Source of the DNA: Haliotis rufescens
Taxonomy: Eukaryota
Reading direction: 5' to 3'
NCBI RefSeq assembly: GCF_023055435.1
Contig: NW_025963791.1
Coordinates: 27,218,001 to 27,282,000, forward strand
Length of the DNA: 64,000 nt
The notes below the pieces were generated by a model that was given only the letters and a program-made list of their open reading frames with translations, had not been told where the DNA came from and did not search any database. Position 1 is the stretch's first letter. Every line of letters begins with the position of its first letter. Shown here one piece after another: positions 13,395 to 24,185 of the stretch. Position numbers and translations under genes: made by a program.

Positions 13395-14897
13395 TCAGAC
13401 TCTTGGTGCTGCAATGAACTTAAATGGCAGTGGGGCAAACGTTACTCCCGGCACAGCCTCCATGGTTGGCGGTTGCTCATCTTCAGGTTGTTGGAACCGG
13501 AAGCGCTGAATCATTGCTGTCAGGAAAAGGAATAGTTCCATCCTTGCCAGAGACTCCCCAATACAGGCCCGCTTGCCCAGAAAGAAGGGGATGAGTTCCT
13601 CGGGCTTCACAAACTTTCCATCGTCATCCAAAAATCTCTCAGGCTGAAACCTTTCCGGATCTTTGAAGGTTCCAGGGTTCATAAGCACAGAGTCAATGTT
13701 GGGCAGCACGATAACTCCTTTAGGGAATGTGTAGCCCCTGAACTTTAGGTCATGAGGCACACTGTGCCAGATTGACACAGGGATGATGTTGGCCACTCTC
13801 TGTATCTCAGCTATGGTTGCTTCAACATAAGGTAACTCCAGCTTGTCCGACATAAGTGGCAGCCTCTCTTGGCCGATGTTCATCTTGATTTCTTGGAAAC
13901 ATTTTTCTTGAATTTCAGGATATTTCAAGAGCAGTAGAACGGCCCATCGTATGGTAGTCGCAGTGGTTTCAGTTCCTGCAAGGAACAAATCACCAATTAC
14001 TTTTTCCAGATTTTCTAAGCCAATGGACGACTCCGCGTTTTCACGCTCCTTCCGCTTAATCTCTCTTATGTAAGCTGATATATAATCATCAATGTTGGAC
14101 TCATCATACTCTTTCAAATGCTCATCCATAGAAGGTTTTGTCAGATTGTTGACAAAGAATGCCAGATTCGCCAGTGTCCTTTTGAACTTGAATGGGTCTC
14201 CCGGAATATACCGAGCAAGTGGTATGAAGTTCAAGCCGGCTGTAGCTCCAACTGACTGAAGGTTTTCATCTATTTTAGCTGTCAAGTCCTTGAAGAATTG
14301 GTCGCCATAGACAAATCTTTTGCCAAGCACTATAGAAGTGATGATGTTGGCCACCGCCGTGTGGATCAAATCTCGGAAATCAAACTTCTTTCCTTTCATC
14401 CCTGCAATTTCATGCAGAAACGAGGCTGATTCTTCGTTAACCTTCACCTGCAGTATGTTCCTGCCCATCCCGAAGTCTCTCAGCGTGGACAGCGTGAAGC
14501 GCCTCTGTTCCTTCCAGACCTGTCCGGATGTTCCGGCCAAGCCCATGCCGTTGCTAACCTCGTCAACCACAAAAACATGAGGACGATCAGAGAAAACATC
14601 ACCGTGCTTCACAAAAGCGTCTTTCAAGACCTCATAGCCATTCAAGATGATCACTAACCGATTACCAATATACACACTAAAAATGTCACCGTATTTTTTA
14701 TGCCATTCTCGGAATTTCTTCTTCGGATTCTTCCCGATGGACAACGCATGGCCGACAAGCGGTAAGGGGAAACCTGGCCCCGGGGGTGTTCCCGACGGCC
14801 TCCTGAACGTCAGCCACAGCACGAGGGCACCAACACCACAACTGAGAATTGCTGTCAGATTGTCCGTGAAAAATATACTCAGCATTGTCGCTTTCAT
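13395..14897 (-). CDS. Cytochrome P450, CYP2 clan, intronless, 500 aa (CYP-A)
   Basis: N-terminal TM anchor, PPGP hinge, WKEQR, I-helix AGTETT, EIQR, PERF, heme motif FFLGKRACIG; uninterrupted ORF. Candidate AATAAA on minus at 12706-12711. Confidence 0.97.
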   Translation of the reverse strand: MKATMLSIFFTDNLTAILSCGVGALVLWLTFRRPSGTPPGPGFPLPLVGHALSIGKNPKKKFREWHKKYGDIFSVYIGNRLVIILNGYEVLKDAFVKHGDVFSDRPHVFVVDEVSNGMGLAGTSGQVWKEQRRFTLSTLRDFGMGRNILQVKVNEESASFLHEIAGMKGKKFDFRDLIHTAVANIITSIVLGKRFVYGDQFFKDLTAKIDENLQSVGATAGLNFIPLARYIPGDPFKFKRTLANLAFFVNNLTKPSMDEHLKEYDESNIDDYISAYIREIKRKERENAESSIGLENLEKVIGDLFLAGTETTATTIRWAVLLLLKYPEIQEKCFQEIKMNIGQERLPLMSDKLELPYVEATIAEIQRVANIIPVSIWHSVPHDLKFRGYTFPKGVIVLPNIDSVLMNPGTFKDPERFQPERFLDDDGKFVKPEELIPFFLGKRACIGESLARMELFLFLTAMIQRFRFQQPEDEQPPTMEAVPGVTFAPLPFKFIAAPRV

Positions 14898-15339
14898 TCT
14901 TTTAAAATAGGGTATTTGGGCCTCACCGAGAGGATTGTTATTTCCTTCAGTAGACGGTATACACGAGTGTAGATTTACTCAGTCAAGATATAGGGACGTA
15001 GATATATACACCAGTCGTGATACAGGACTGTAGATGTAACTTCACACACCAGTCGACTTAGTTCCACCACATATTTGTACTAGTTATTTCAAGTGAACGC
15101 GTAAATATAGCCCCCCCTACGCGTACCGCCTGCACAAATCAAGGGAATGTACAGTGTGGCGAAACGGGAAGACGTGTATGTTGGATTTGAATCAAGGCCA
15201 GTGAAACTATGACAGGCTGTATGTGAAAAGGCGAAACATGGACCTCGGACCCAGATAGTATTTTATCAGTGGTTGATCCCGTATCAAAGAATATCTTCTT
15301 GGCCCACTTTACTTTGCCCTATATTGCTCTTATGTTTGG

Positions 15340-15695
15340 GACCGCCTCCGTGGTCTAATGGTAGAGCGTCCGCCCGGAGAGCGGAAGGTCCGGGGTTCAA
15401 TCCCCGGCCGCGTCATACCAAAAGACGTTAAAAGATGGTACTTATTGTTACCCTGTCTGGCGCTCGGCATTAAGGGGCTAAAACAAGGACAGGTCGGCTC
15501 GGAGTCAGTATACTGTGTCTGAGTGTGGTATTCATGTTAAACTGCGGCATGGTATCTCAGCAGGCTTGCACTATAAATCGGCATCAGTCCGGACTAGAAC
15601 AAGCAGCCATTTACACGTGCATGCACGTCGCTATATAAGTGCAATAATCTTGGACGCGACGTTAAACCCCATTTCACCTCACCTCACCTCACCTC
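15340..15695 (+). mobile_element. tRNA-derived SINE family C (MetaSINE-like), full length
   Basis: tRNA head with A/B boxes, central GTCATACCAAAAGACGTTAAAAGATGGTAC...CTGGCGCTCGGCATTAAGGG domain, tail + (ACCTC)n, TSD CTCTTATGTTT. Confidence 0.85.
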
Positions 15696-16143
15696 TCTTA
15701 TGTTTCTTAATCTGTACAGGGACAGGTGTCGCCGATTTACTGTGCAGACAGTAAGTTACATTTAAAACCACATGACCGACAATAGAGCTGCACATACACT
15801 TCATCCCAAACCTTCAGGTTCAACATCTGTATATTATCCTTTGCTACCGTTCCACAAGTGTGCCTCACTTTCCCTGAACCATATTATTTTCCCTTCCGCC
15901 CATCCCTGACTGGAATGCTATAACCCAAAATAAAGCAAGTCTATATGTTTAACAGGTTCAGGGCTGAATCTCCCATCTCTCTGAGGCTCCTTTCAATTTA
16001 AATGAAGTCGTTTGTTTCTATCAAAATTGCATTCTGAATAATCAATGTCCATTGGTTGTCAAATTTGATGACGTATATCGATCCATCAGTTCATGTTTAC
16101 CCCATTTACGCAAAGACATAACTATATGTCAGACTGAGTCTGC

Positions 16144-16390
16144 ATTGTTACATTTTTCATGAACGCAGGTGATTCTCACTGCTGCTCACTTGAGGCAAAC
16201 AAAAGTCAGCCCTGTAGACTTTCAGTATACAGGTGACCCCTGGTTTTGTATATTCAACAACGGGAATTGTTACATTTTTCATGAACGCAGGTCATTGTCA
16301 CTGGTGTTCACCCTTAAAGCAAACAAAAGTCAGCTCTGTAGACTGTCAGTATACAGGTTACCCCTGGCTGTGTATATTCAACCACAGGAA
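16144..16390. repeat. Diverged tandem duplication, 2 x ~122 bp
   Basis: ATTGTTACATTTTTCATGAACGCAGGT...GCAAACAAAAGTCAGC...TGTAGACT.TCAGTATACAGGT.ACCCCTGG occurs twice (from 16144 and 16266). Confidence 0.85.
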
Positions 16391-16825
16391 TTCGTAGCTG
16401 TACACAAATAGAACTGTTTTTACTGACCCATGTTTATTGACCCATGACATTTGGCCTCGAAGGATACAATGGTCAGTAAGTGAGTCGATAAAATAGGTTT
16501 GTGAACAGCTGCCATCGAATGCTTGTGGTTCAACAACGCCATAACGACGGGAAAAGGACTGAATGTACATATATCCCTGCATAGTGCTTAACACAGTGCA
16601 GCAGTGCGTATTTACACAACTCGCAGCCCAGTTTTTTCAATGCGACGATGAACCCTGGAGGCGCACTTTGAATGCACATGCATTGTCCTTGGCCTGTGGC
16701 TAAAAATAACCTATCGCGTTCGTGTGACAACGAAAGCCTCGTTACCCTGTGAAGTAAATCTGGGTTGAACAGTGGATTGGGAGTGTGGTCCGAGGATAGA
16801 GTATACGGAGAGACACAGGGTAACA

Positions 16826-18313
16826 ATGTTGGAAGAAGTTTTCACCGGATATGCGACTCCGATTCTGGTATCAGGGATATGTCTGCTTGCACTGTGGTTC
16901 AGTACCAGACGTCCATCCGGGCTTCCTCCTGGGCCGAGACCTTTACCTGTCTTAGGCAACCTGCTGTCCTTGAAACCTGACTTTAGGGAACAGTTTCAAG
17001 CATGGAGAAAACAACACGGAGATTTGTTCACTCTCTATCTAGGCAACCGTTTAACTATAGTGTTAAACGGATACGATGCAGTGAAGGAGGCACTGGTGAA
17101 GAATAGCGAGGTCTTCGCCGTGAGGCCCTACGCAGTTGTGTTTGACGATCTTTTCAAGAACAAGGGAGTGATATCAAGCAATGGGGACGTGTGGAAGGAA
17201 CAGAGAAGATTAACCCTCTCCACGCTGAGAGACTTTGGAATGGGGAAAAATATGCTTCAAGAAAAGATCAATGAGGAGATTAGGGTTTGTCTTGAGGTTA
17301 TCGCAGACCAGAAGGGACAGAAGTACGACACTAATCATATTATCCAGACATCTGTGTCGAATATTATTTGTTCTATGGTGTTTGGGAGACGATTTCAGTA
17401 TGACGATCCACTGTTTATAGAATATCTGAGAAGGACAGACGAGAACTTCAAGGCAGCTGGGAGGCTTGGCGGTCTCAACTTCATCCCATTTGCAAAGCAT
17501 ATTCCTGGTGACCTTTTCCTGTATCACAAGACAGCTGAGAACATTGCGTTTTACGAGGACAGGCTGATAAAACCTTCCATTGAAGAACATCTCAAGGCTT
17601 TTGATGAGAATAACATCGACGACTTTATCGCTGCATACATCAGAGAGATGAAGGTTAAGGAGAAACAAGGCGTGGAGACGTCCATTGGATATGACAATCT
17701 GGTAAAGGTCATCGGAGATTTGTTCATTGCTGGGACCGACACCACGTCTACTACCATTCAGTGGATACTGTTGTATCTAACAGTTCATCAAGACATCCAG
17801 GCTAAATGCTTCAAGGAAATCGAAGACAATATTGGAACACAGAAACTGCCCGGGATGACTGACAAGCTGAAGCTTCCTTACATAGAAGCAACCATTACAG
17901 AAGTACAGAGGATCGCCAATATTGCTACCATAGCTGGATTCCATGGCGTCACCGAAGACATAGTATTCAGAGGATATCGCCTCCCCGCTGGGTGCATTAT
18001 CTTCCCAAACTTAGACTCTGTCATGATGGATCCTGCAATTTGGGAAAATCCTGGACAATTTCGACCAGAGAGGTTTCTCGGTGCGGATGGTAAATTCACC
18101 AAACCCGAGGAATTCATCCCGTTCTCAATGGGTAAGAGGGCGTGCCCAGGAGAGTCACTTGCCCGGATGGAGCTGTTCCTGTTCATCACGGGTCTCCTCC
18201 AACGGTTTCAATTCTTGCCACCGGAAGATGAACCGCCGCTCTCGATGGAGCCCGTGCCTGGAGCAGTGCTGAAGTCTCAACCCTTCAAGGTCGTGACTGT
18301 ACCTAGGAATTAG
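16826..18313 (+). CDS. Cytochrome P450, CYP2 clan, intronless, 495 aa (CYP-B)
   Basis: First in-frame ATG at 16826 (the ORF-track start is GTG); TM anchor, PPGPRPLP, WKEQR, AGTDTT, EVQR, PERF, FSMGKRACPG. Confidence 0.97.
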   Translation: MLEEVFTGYATPILVSGICLLALWFSTRRPSGLPPGPRPLPVLGNLLSLKPDFREQFQAWRKQHGDLFTLYLGNRLTIVLNGYDAVKEALVKNSEVFAVRPYAVVFDDLFKNKGVISSNGDVWKEQRRLTLSTLRDFGMGKNMLQEKINEEIRVCLEVIADQKGQKYDTNHIIQTSVSNIICSMVFGRRFQYDDPLFIEYLRRTDENFKAAGRLGGLNFIPFAKHIPGDLFLYHKTAENIAFYEDRLIKPSIEEHLKAFDENNIDDFIAAYIREMKVKEKQGVETSIGYDNLVKVIGDLFIAGTDTTSTTIQWILLYLTVHQDIQAKCFKEIEDNIGTQKLPGMTDKLKLPYIEATITEVQRIANIATIAGFHGVTEDIVFRGYRLPAGCIIFPNLDSVMMDPAIWENPGQFRPERFLGADGKFTKPEEFIPFSMGKRACPGESLARMELFLFITGLLQRFQFLPPEDEPPLSMEPVPGAVLKSQPFKVVTVPRN

Positions 18314-18693
18314 ATTGTGTCGCTGTGTACTTTATAACTGAACAGGGATCGTGTAATTATGTTTGAAATATCACCAAGAGGGTTAGTTATTTTTGTTATA
18401 CGCAAACCCGATCACCAATTACATTTTCGAATGTATATATGTTTAACGTGTATCAAAACAAAACGCAAGGATGTAGGGGTGGGGTGGATGATATGTTTGC
18501 TGGTTCCGTGTATGCATTGGAGATTAGCTGTTGGTACAGACTGATGCAAGGTATAGTTGCCTGTAGCTCTTATCTTACCATTACTCTTGTATGAAGCCAA
18601 TGGAATTAAGAGAGGTAAACAAGTATTAAATTTTGGTTTGTATTTGTAACAAATGTGAAGACCATCAAGCGCAATGTATTCTGACTCCCCTAT

Positions 18694-19068
18694 GAGTGAG
18701 TGGGTATGGATTTACGCCGCTTTTAGTAATATTCCAGCAATATCACGGCGGGGGACACCAGAATTGGGCTTCACACGTGCTAACGCTTTAACCACTAGGC
18801 TACCCGACCGCCCCTCTCCCCTATGATGTGTCTCGGTTTGATCACTGGCTGCTAACTCTCAATCGGACATTGTTATACTATCTCTAGTGAGCTGTGCTTG
18901 CTACAGCAGGTGAGTGAGTAGTTTTACGCCGCTTTTAGAAATCTTTCAGCAATATCACGGCCAGGGACACCAGAAATAGGCTTCACACATTGTATCCCCG
19001 TAAGGAATCGAACCTGGATCTTCGGCGTGACGAACGGACGCTTTGACCATTGGGCTACCTCATCGCTC
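18694..19068 (-). mobile_element. Two minus-strand SINE family A copies (18694-18814 internally deleted; 18911-19068)
   Basis: Reverse complement of the family A consensus; the first copy is flanked by TSD CTCCCCTATGA. Confidence 0.8.
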
Positions 19069-19914
19069 CTCAACTGATATGCAGTTAATTGAAAGCCCGA
19101 AGTGACGCATATTCAGGTGGCAGACATTTACCATAAAACATTGGGCTGGATAGTTAGAGCGTTCGCTCGTCGCGGGTTCACTTTCCATTGTGGGTTTACT
19201 GTATGAAACCCAACACCAACACCGTGATATTAAATAATTAATGCCAAAAGCGGTGTAAAGCATCACCCACTCACGGTATCCAGCGTTTGTATGTAGTGCA
19301 AATTTTTCTGGTAGAATGTGCTCGGAAACGAGAACATACATGTTGCATAATTTATTCTTTTGTTGACTCTCGCTTACCCAGTAGTGCTGAAGTGGAACTT
19401 AGTCACTATTTGGTAAAATTATTAATTATGATATAATTATTAACTCATACTGTAATACTAAATGAATAAATATTATTAAGTCAACAACTATTTTTACAAT
19501 TTCATATGTGATGTAGTAATATCAATGTTCAAAACATTTAAATTACTAAAACATCTAGAAAAAACATTAAATAAAAAAATCTAATGTTAGTCATCAGAAA
19601 TTATAGTCCACTTTCTCACACCGTAACAACATAGGCGTAAATTCTACATCTGAATGGCAATGTGGCGAGCTGGTGCACTATTCATAGTATCACTAAGACT
19701 ATTCTATCCAATAACCTCTTTCAGTCGGTCGATACCCTGCGCAGAGCAATGCGGCGGTGAGCCTGGTATAGTCAGCCTTAATCGCTTTATTGACTGAGCT
19801 CCTGGGCCGTTTCGATTTGACGAATTATGTGACAGGTAAAATGTGTCTCGACATGTCTGGGATTTGGGAGATGGTTGTTTATAACAGTCGTCCTTGCAGC
19901 TGCAACCTGTAAGT

Positions 19915-21438
19915 ATGGACCAGCTAACGCAGATGATTTGTGACAATGTTACTACGACCTTGATTGTCGTTGGATCCGTGCTAGTTGCTGTGTGGCACTT
20001 TAGCAGACGACACTCACAACTTCCGCCCGGACCCAGGCTGCGCTTGCCTTTGTTTGGAAATATGTTTTCAGTTACACGGGGCATTAGAGAGGCGTTACAA
20101 GAATGGAGGAAGGATTACGGTGATATATTCTGTTTATACCTTGGACAACGCCGTGTCGTGGTGCTAAACGGTTATGACGTCATAAACGAAAGCCTTGTCA
20201 CACACGGGCACTTGTTCGTGAAACGGCCAGACCTGTTCGTTTCTGAGTATCCCAATCATGGCAGGGGCGTTCTGGGGACGGCTGTGACAGTTGGGTTGGA
20301 ACAACAGCGAATAGCTGACGTTTGTCTCCGAGGTTTTACAAGCGGATCCGGAAAGGACATTTTGGAAATTAGGACTGGCGAAGAAGTCAATAATTTACTA
20401 CGGCTTATCAAAGAAGAAAGTCGTCGAAATTTGGACCTACGATCTTTTATTAACTTCGCTGTCACTAACGTCACATGTTCTATTTTGTTCGGCAAACGAT
20501 TTGAAGATGATGACCCACTCTTTGTTGAGTATTTGAAACGACGACAAGAGGATTTTAGTTTGACGGCCATTTTAGAGTTTATGCCATACCTGCGTTATTT
20601 GCCAGGAGATATATTCAATATAAAACGTTTGGCCGAAAATGTTGCATTTACAGAGGATGAAATAATCAAACCTTCCATAAAACGCCATGAGAAGGATTTT
20701 GATGACCACAATGTGACTCTTGTATCGGCTTTTTTAAAGGAGTGCCAAAATCTGGGCTTGCCTGTGAATGATGACCATCTTGTTAATATTGTTGCAGATT
20801 TGTTAATTGCTGGGTCGGAACCCACAGCTGTTGCTATCCAGTGGGGTATTCTTTATTTCATTGCTTACCCTGATGTACAGGACAGAGTCTACCAAGAAAT
20901 CAAACAGAATGTAGGCTTGCATCGTGTCCCGAACATGTCGGATATGGAAAGCCTCCCTTATGTTCAAGCAACTATTTCTGAGGTGCTGAGGTGTGTGAAC
21001 GTAAATCCTTACGGTGCCCGGCGGTTTGCTTCCCGTGACGTTATGTTCCGGGGATACCTTATTCCAGAAGACACAATGATTGTACCTGTTTTAGAATCAG
21101 CGTTGTTTGACCAAGAACATTGGGACAACCCAGAAGAATTTAAACCGGAGAGATTTCTGAATGAGGAAGGGCATTTTGTAAAACACAAACAATGGATTCC
21201 TTTTTCTATTGGTCAAAGCTCATGCTTAGGTGAACAATTGGCAACTTTGGAAATGTTCTTGTTTCTCTCAGCAATGATTCAACAATTTCGGTTTCGGAAA
21301 TCAGAAAAGTCAAAGTCGCTATCTTTCAATTCCGATACAAATTTGTCATTCAGACCTTATCCGAAGTGTGTTCAGTTGATTGACAGGCACCGTGTAAGCG
21401 AACATAGGAATAACATTCCATCATGCTACCTTCGTTAA
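19915..21438 (+). CDS. Cytochrome P450, CYP2 clan, intronless, 507 aa, atypical catalytic motifs (CYP-C)
   Basis: ATG at 19915; TM anchor, PPGP, EVLR, PERF and heme Cys (FSIGQSSCLG) present; I-helix AGSEPT; WxxxR replaced by GLEQQ. Confidence 0.93.
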   Translation: MDQLTQMICDNVTTTLIVVGSVLVAVWHFSRRHSQLPPGPRLRLPLFGNMFSVTRGIREALQEWRKDYGDIFCLYLGQRRVVVLNGYDVINESLVTHGHLFVKRPDLFVSEYPNHGRGVLGTAVTVGLEQQRIADVCLRGFTSGSGKDILEIRTGEEVNNLLRLIKEESRRNLDLRSFINFAVTNVTCSILFGKRFEDDDPLFVEYLKRRQEDFSLTAILEFMPYLRYLPGDIFNIKRLAENVAFTEDEIIKPSIKRHEKDFDDHNVTLVSAFLKECQNLGLPVNDDHLVNIVADLLIAGSEPTAVAIQWGILYFIAYPDVQDRVYQEIKQNVGLHRVPNMSDMESLPYVQATISEVLRCVNVNPYGARRFASRDVMFRGYLIPEDTMIVPVLESALFDQEHWDNPEEFKPERFLNEEGHFVKHKQWIPFSIGQSSCLGEQLATLEMFLFLSAMIQQFRFRKSEKSKSLSFNSDTNLSFRPYPKCVQLIDRHRVSEHRNNIPSCYLR

Positions 21439-21444
21439 TGACAT

Positions 21445-21520
21445 ATTTGTGGTGTTCCCCCGCCGTGATATTGCTGGAATATTGCTAAAAGCGGCGTAAA
21501 ACCATACTCACTCACTCACT
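21445..21520 (+). mobile_element. 5'-truncated SINE family A
   Basis: 3' half plus (ACTC)n; TSD TCGTTAATGACAT (21432-21444, 21520-21532) includes the CYP-C stop codon. Confidence 0.85.
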
Positions 21521-21639
21521 CGTTAATGACATGGTTTGCAAACGCGGGTCACCTACACACCGCATGATGTGTATTAAATGATGTGTTACCAAGAATACGT
21601 GTGTTAGCAAGGGAGTATTTAAAACTGCATCCTCTATAT

Positions 21640-22071
21640 CAGGGCTGGCATTTCGGTAAATCTACACTGACGCCTGGATCCATTCCTCTGGATCTTGCGA
21701 TCGCTAATTACCCGCCATTGATTTTTATTAATATTTTACCGACCAATCAAACGTCGACAAAAGGGAAAGGGTAAGGGAGGTAACTCGTGTTACCTAGAAA
21801 ACAGGCTATCCCCAGTTTTAATGGACATGAAGACCTCCTTTTAATCATTAAGATTTATTTAGGGCAATTTTTGCGTCACGTTTTCGGTCAGTTTTTCAGT
21901 GTTGAATTTCTCGCAAACTCGATCATGATCAATGGAACTGTCCAAACCAACAATAAGGCTTGTCTGGTACGTTAGACCTAGTAGCTAGTCTATCAAATTG
22001 TCAAATGTAAATCAAGGGCGGGTTAGAATGGATCCTGGGGTTAGTGAAGGTTTACCGACATGCGAGCCCTG
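21640..22071. mobile_element. hAT-type MITE with ~45-bp imperfect TIRs
   Basis: CAGGGCTGGCATTTCGGTAAATCTACACTGACGCCTGGATCCATTC versus GAATGGATCCTGGGGTTAGTGAAGGTTTACCGACATGCGAGCCCTG; TSD not recognisable. Confidence 0.7.
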
Positions 22072-22220
22072 CATATACAGATGTTTAAAGGGAGGTCCAG
22101 TTGCTAAAGTGTTCACATCGTGACACCAAAGACTGTACATAGTGTGAGCCCATGTGTTATGTCGTGATTTTGCTGGAATATTTGGAACAAGTGGCGTAAA
22201 ACCATCCTCACTCACATTTT

Positions 22221-22732
22221 GAGGCGACTAACGGGATCGGGTGGTCAGGCTCGCTGACTTGGTTGATGCATGTCATCGATCCCAATTGCGTGGATCGATG
22301 CTCATGATGTCAATCATTGGATTGTCTGGTCCAGACTCGATTATTTACAGACCGCTGTTATATAGCTGGAATATTGCTGAGTGCGGCGTTAAACAACAAA
22401 CAAACAAAACATTTTGATCTAGATCTAACGTCGTGAGTTCTGTGTATGTAACCACCACTTGTATTCCCTTGCGGAGACTTTGGTGTAAAAGAGGTGACTC
22501 CGACCTTGTTTGTGTAAGAGGAGACTGAGATGGAGCGGGTAGGCGCTGGGCTCGCACAAGGCGTTATGTTTCTAGGTTTGTCAGCACCGTACCCGTGCTC
22601 GTGGGTTTCACCGAAGTGGTAAACGTCTTAGACCTGCATCACTTCGGGCTTTCCTCCCACAATAAGCTGGCACGCCGTGATATAACTGGAATAATGTTAA
22701 AAGCGGCGTTAAACCCAACTCACTCACTCACT
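22221..22732 (+). mobile_element. Chimeric SINE: family B body joined to family D 3' body
   Basis: 22221-22410 matches family B; ~22378-22732 is near-identical to 44602-44958. Confidence 0.85.
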
Positions 22733-23134
22733 CGTACAAGGCGACATGGATCAGGGACTGCTCAGGAGGATCAACACTCAACCATGACTGTTCGTTCGCA
22801 TGTTGTTTAACGCTGCATTTTACTGGTATTCGGCGTGAACCCCCGTAGTCGTTTGAGAATGAGTTGGTTTGTAGTAGTGAGGTAGAATCTCAATACGTAT
22901 ATATGCATTGGTATTGTAATTTATTTCATAATAATATTTACCTTGTAATTTATTGAAAATTGTTTTTTTCATTTTCATGGGTTTTTTAATAACTGTTTAA
23001 CATTGTATTCATTGTACTAATAACGTCGCTAAATAAAGGTACATCAGACTCTCAAGCCTGTCGTTTGTTTAGAACAAGGCCTTTTGATCTCAAATCAGTA
23101 ATTGACGTTCAAGGCTAAATTAAGAAGGGGCGCC

Positions 23135-24185
23135 TGACTTCGTTGATGCATGTCAGCGTATCCCAATTGCGTAGATCGATGCTCGTGACGTGTATCGATT
23201 ATTTCCAGACCGCCGCCATAGAGCTGGAATATTGCTGAGTGCGGCATTAAGCAACAAACAAACAAACAAACAAACAATCAGACCGCCTCCGTGGTATGGT
23301 GGATAGGGTGTCTGACTGGAGAGCGGAAGGTCAGTGGTTTGAACCCCGGCAGCGTCATACCAAAAGACGTCAGTCACGCTAAGTGTATCTCTCGGAATGA
23401 ACAATCAAGCCGGTAGTGGTACGGAAATGTACACACACACGCACACACGCACACAATGTCCACCCGCTGTCTCGGGTTTAATTCCACACACGGTACGGCG
23501 TGGGAAGCCTATCCTAGTGTTGTTTTGAAAGAGTATTTATAAAAACATGATATAGCTTTCAAATCATGCCACTTCTCCATTATCATAAAGGCTCTCTAAT
23601 ATATACATGGACAGACCCCGTGGTGATTCTGGGTTAGAATTGGTCCCCAGCAAACAAAGGTGGTCAATAGCGGGGGCCTAATTTATTACGTGTCATCGTA
23701 CCTTTGTTGTTTGTTTGTTCTTTAACGCCGCACTCAGCCATATTCCAGCTATATGACGGTTGAAGATACTTTAGATAATTTTGCATCTAAGTTCGATGTT
23801 CTACGCGTTATGTTTGAATGCGTAAACGCCACACCCAGCATTATTTCAGCTATATGACGGCTGTCTGTAAATAATCAAGTATGGACCATACAATCAAGTG
23901 ATTAACATCATGAGCATCGATCTACGCAAATGGAATACAATGACATGCATCAACCAAGTCAGCAAGCCTGAACACCCGACTACGTTAACCGCCTCTTACG
24001 ACAAGCATGGGTTGCTGAAGATCTATTCTACCCCGGATCTTCACGGGTTTGTCGTCGTACCTCGACGGCGTAGATCGTTGCTCACAATATCGATCACTGG
24101 ATTGTCTGGTCCTGTGTCGATTATATACAGGCTGTTGTGATTCAGTTAGAATATTGCTGAGTGAGGCGTCAAACAACAAACAAAC
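23135..24185. mobile_element. Cluster of fragmented SINE family B and C copies in both orientations
   Basis: B 3' half 23135-23278; C head 23281-23370; B head variant 23614-23652; minus B ~23705-24048; plus B fragment ~24050-24185. Confidence 0.75.

Noticed and set aside
16772-16825. GTG/TTG starts for CYP-B and CYP-C given by the ORF track
   Set aside because: Eukaryotic genes; the in-frame ATGs at 16826 and 19915 directly precede the membrane anchors.
17210-18189. Antisense ORFs overlapping the P450 and ZBED genes
   Set aside because: Shadow ORFs caused by codon bias on the coding strand.
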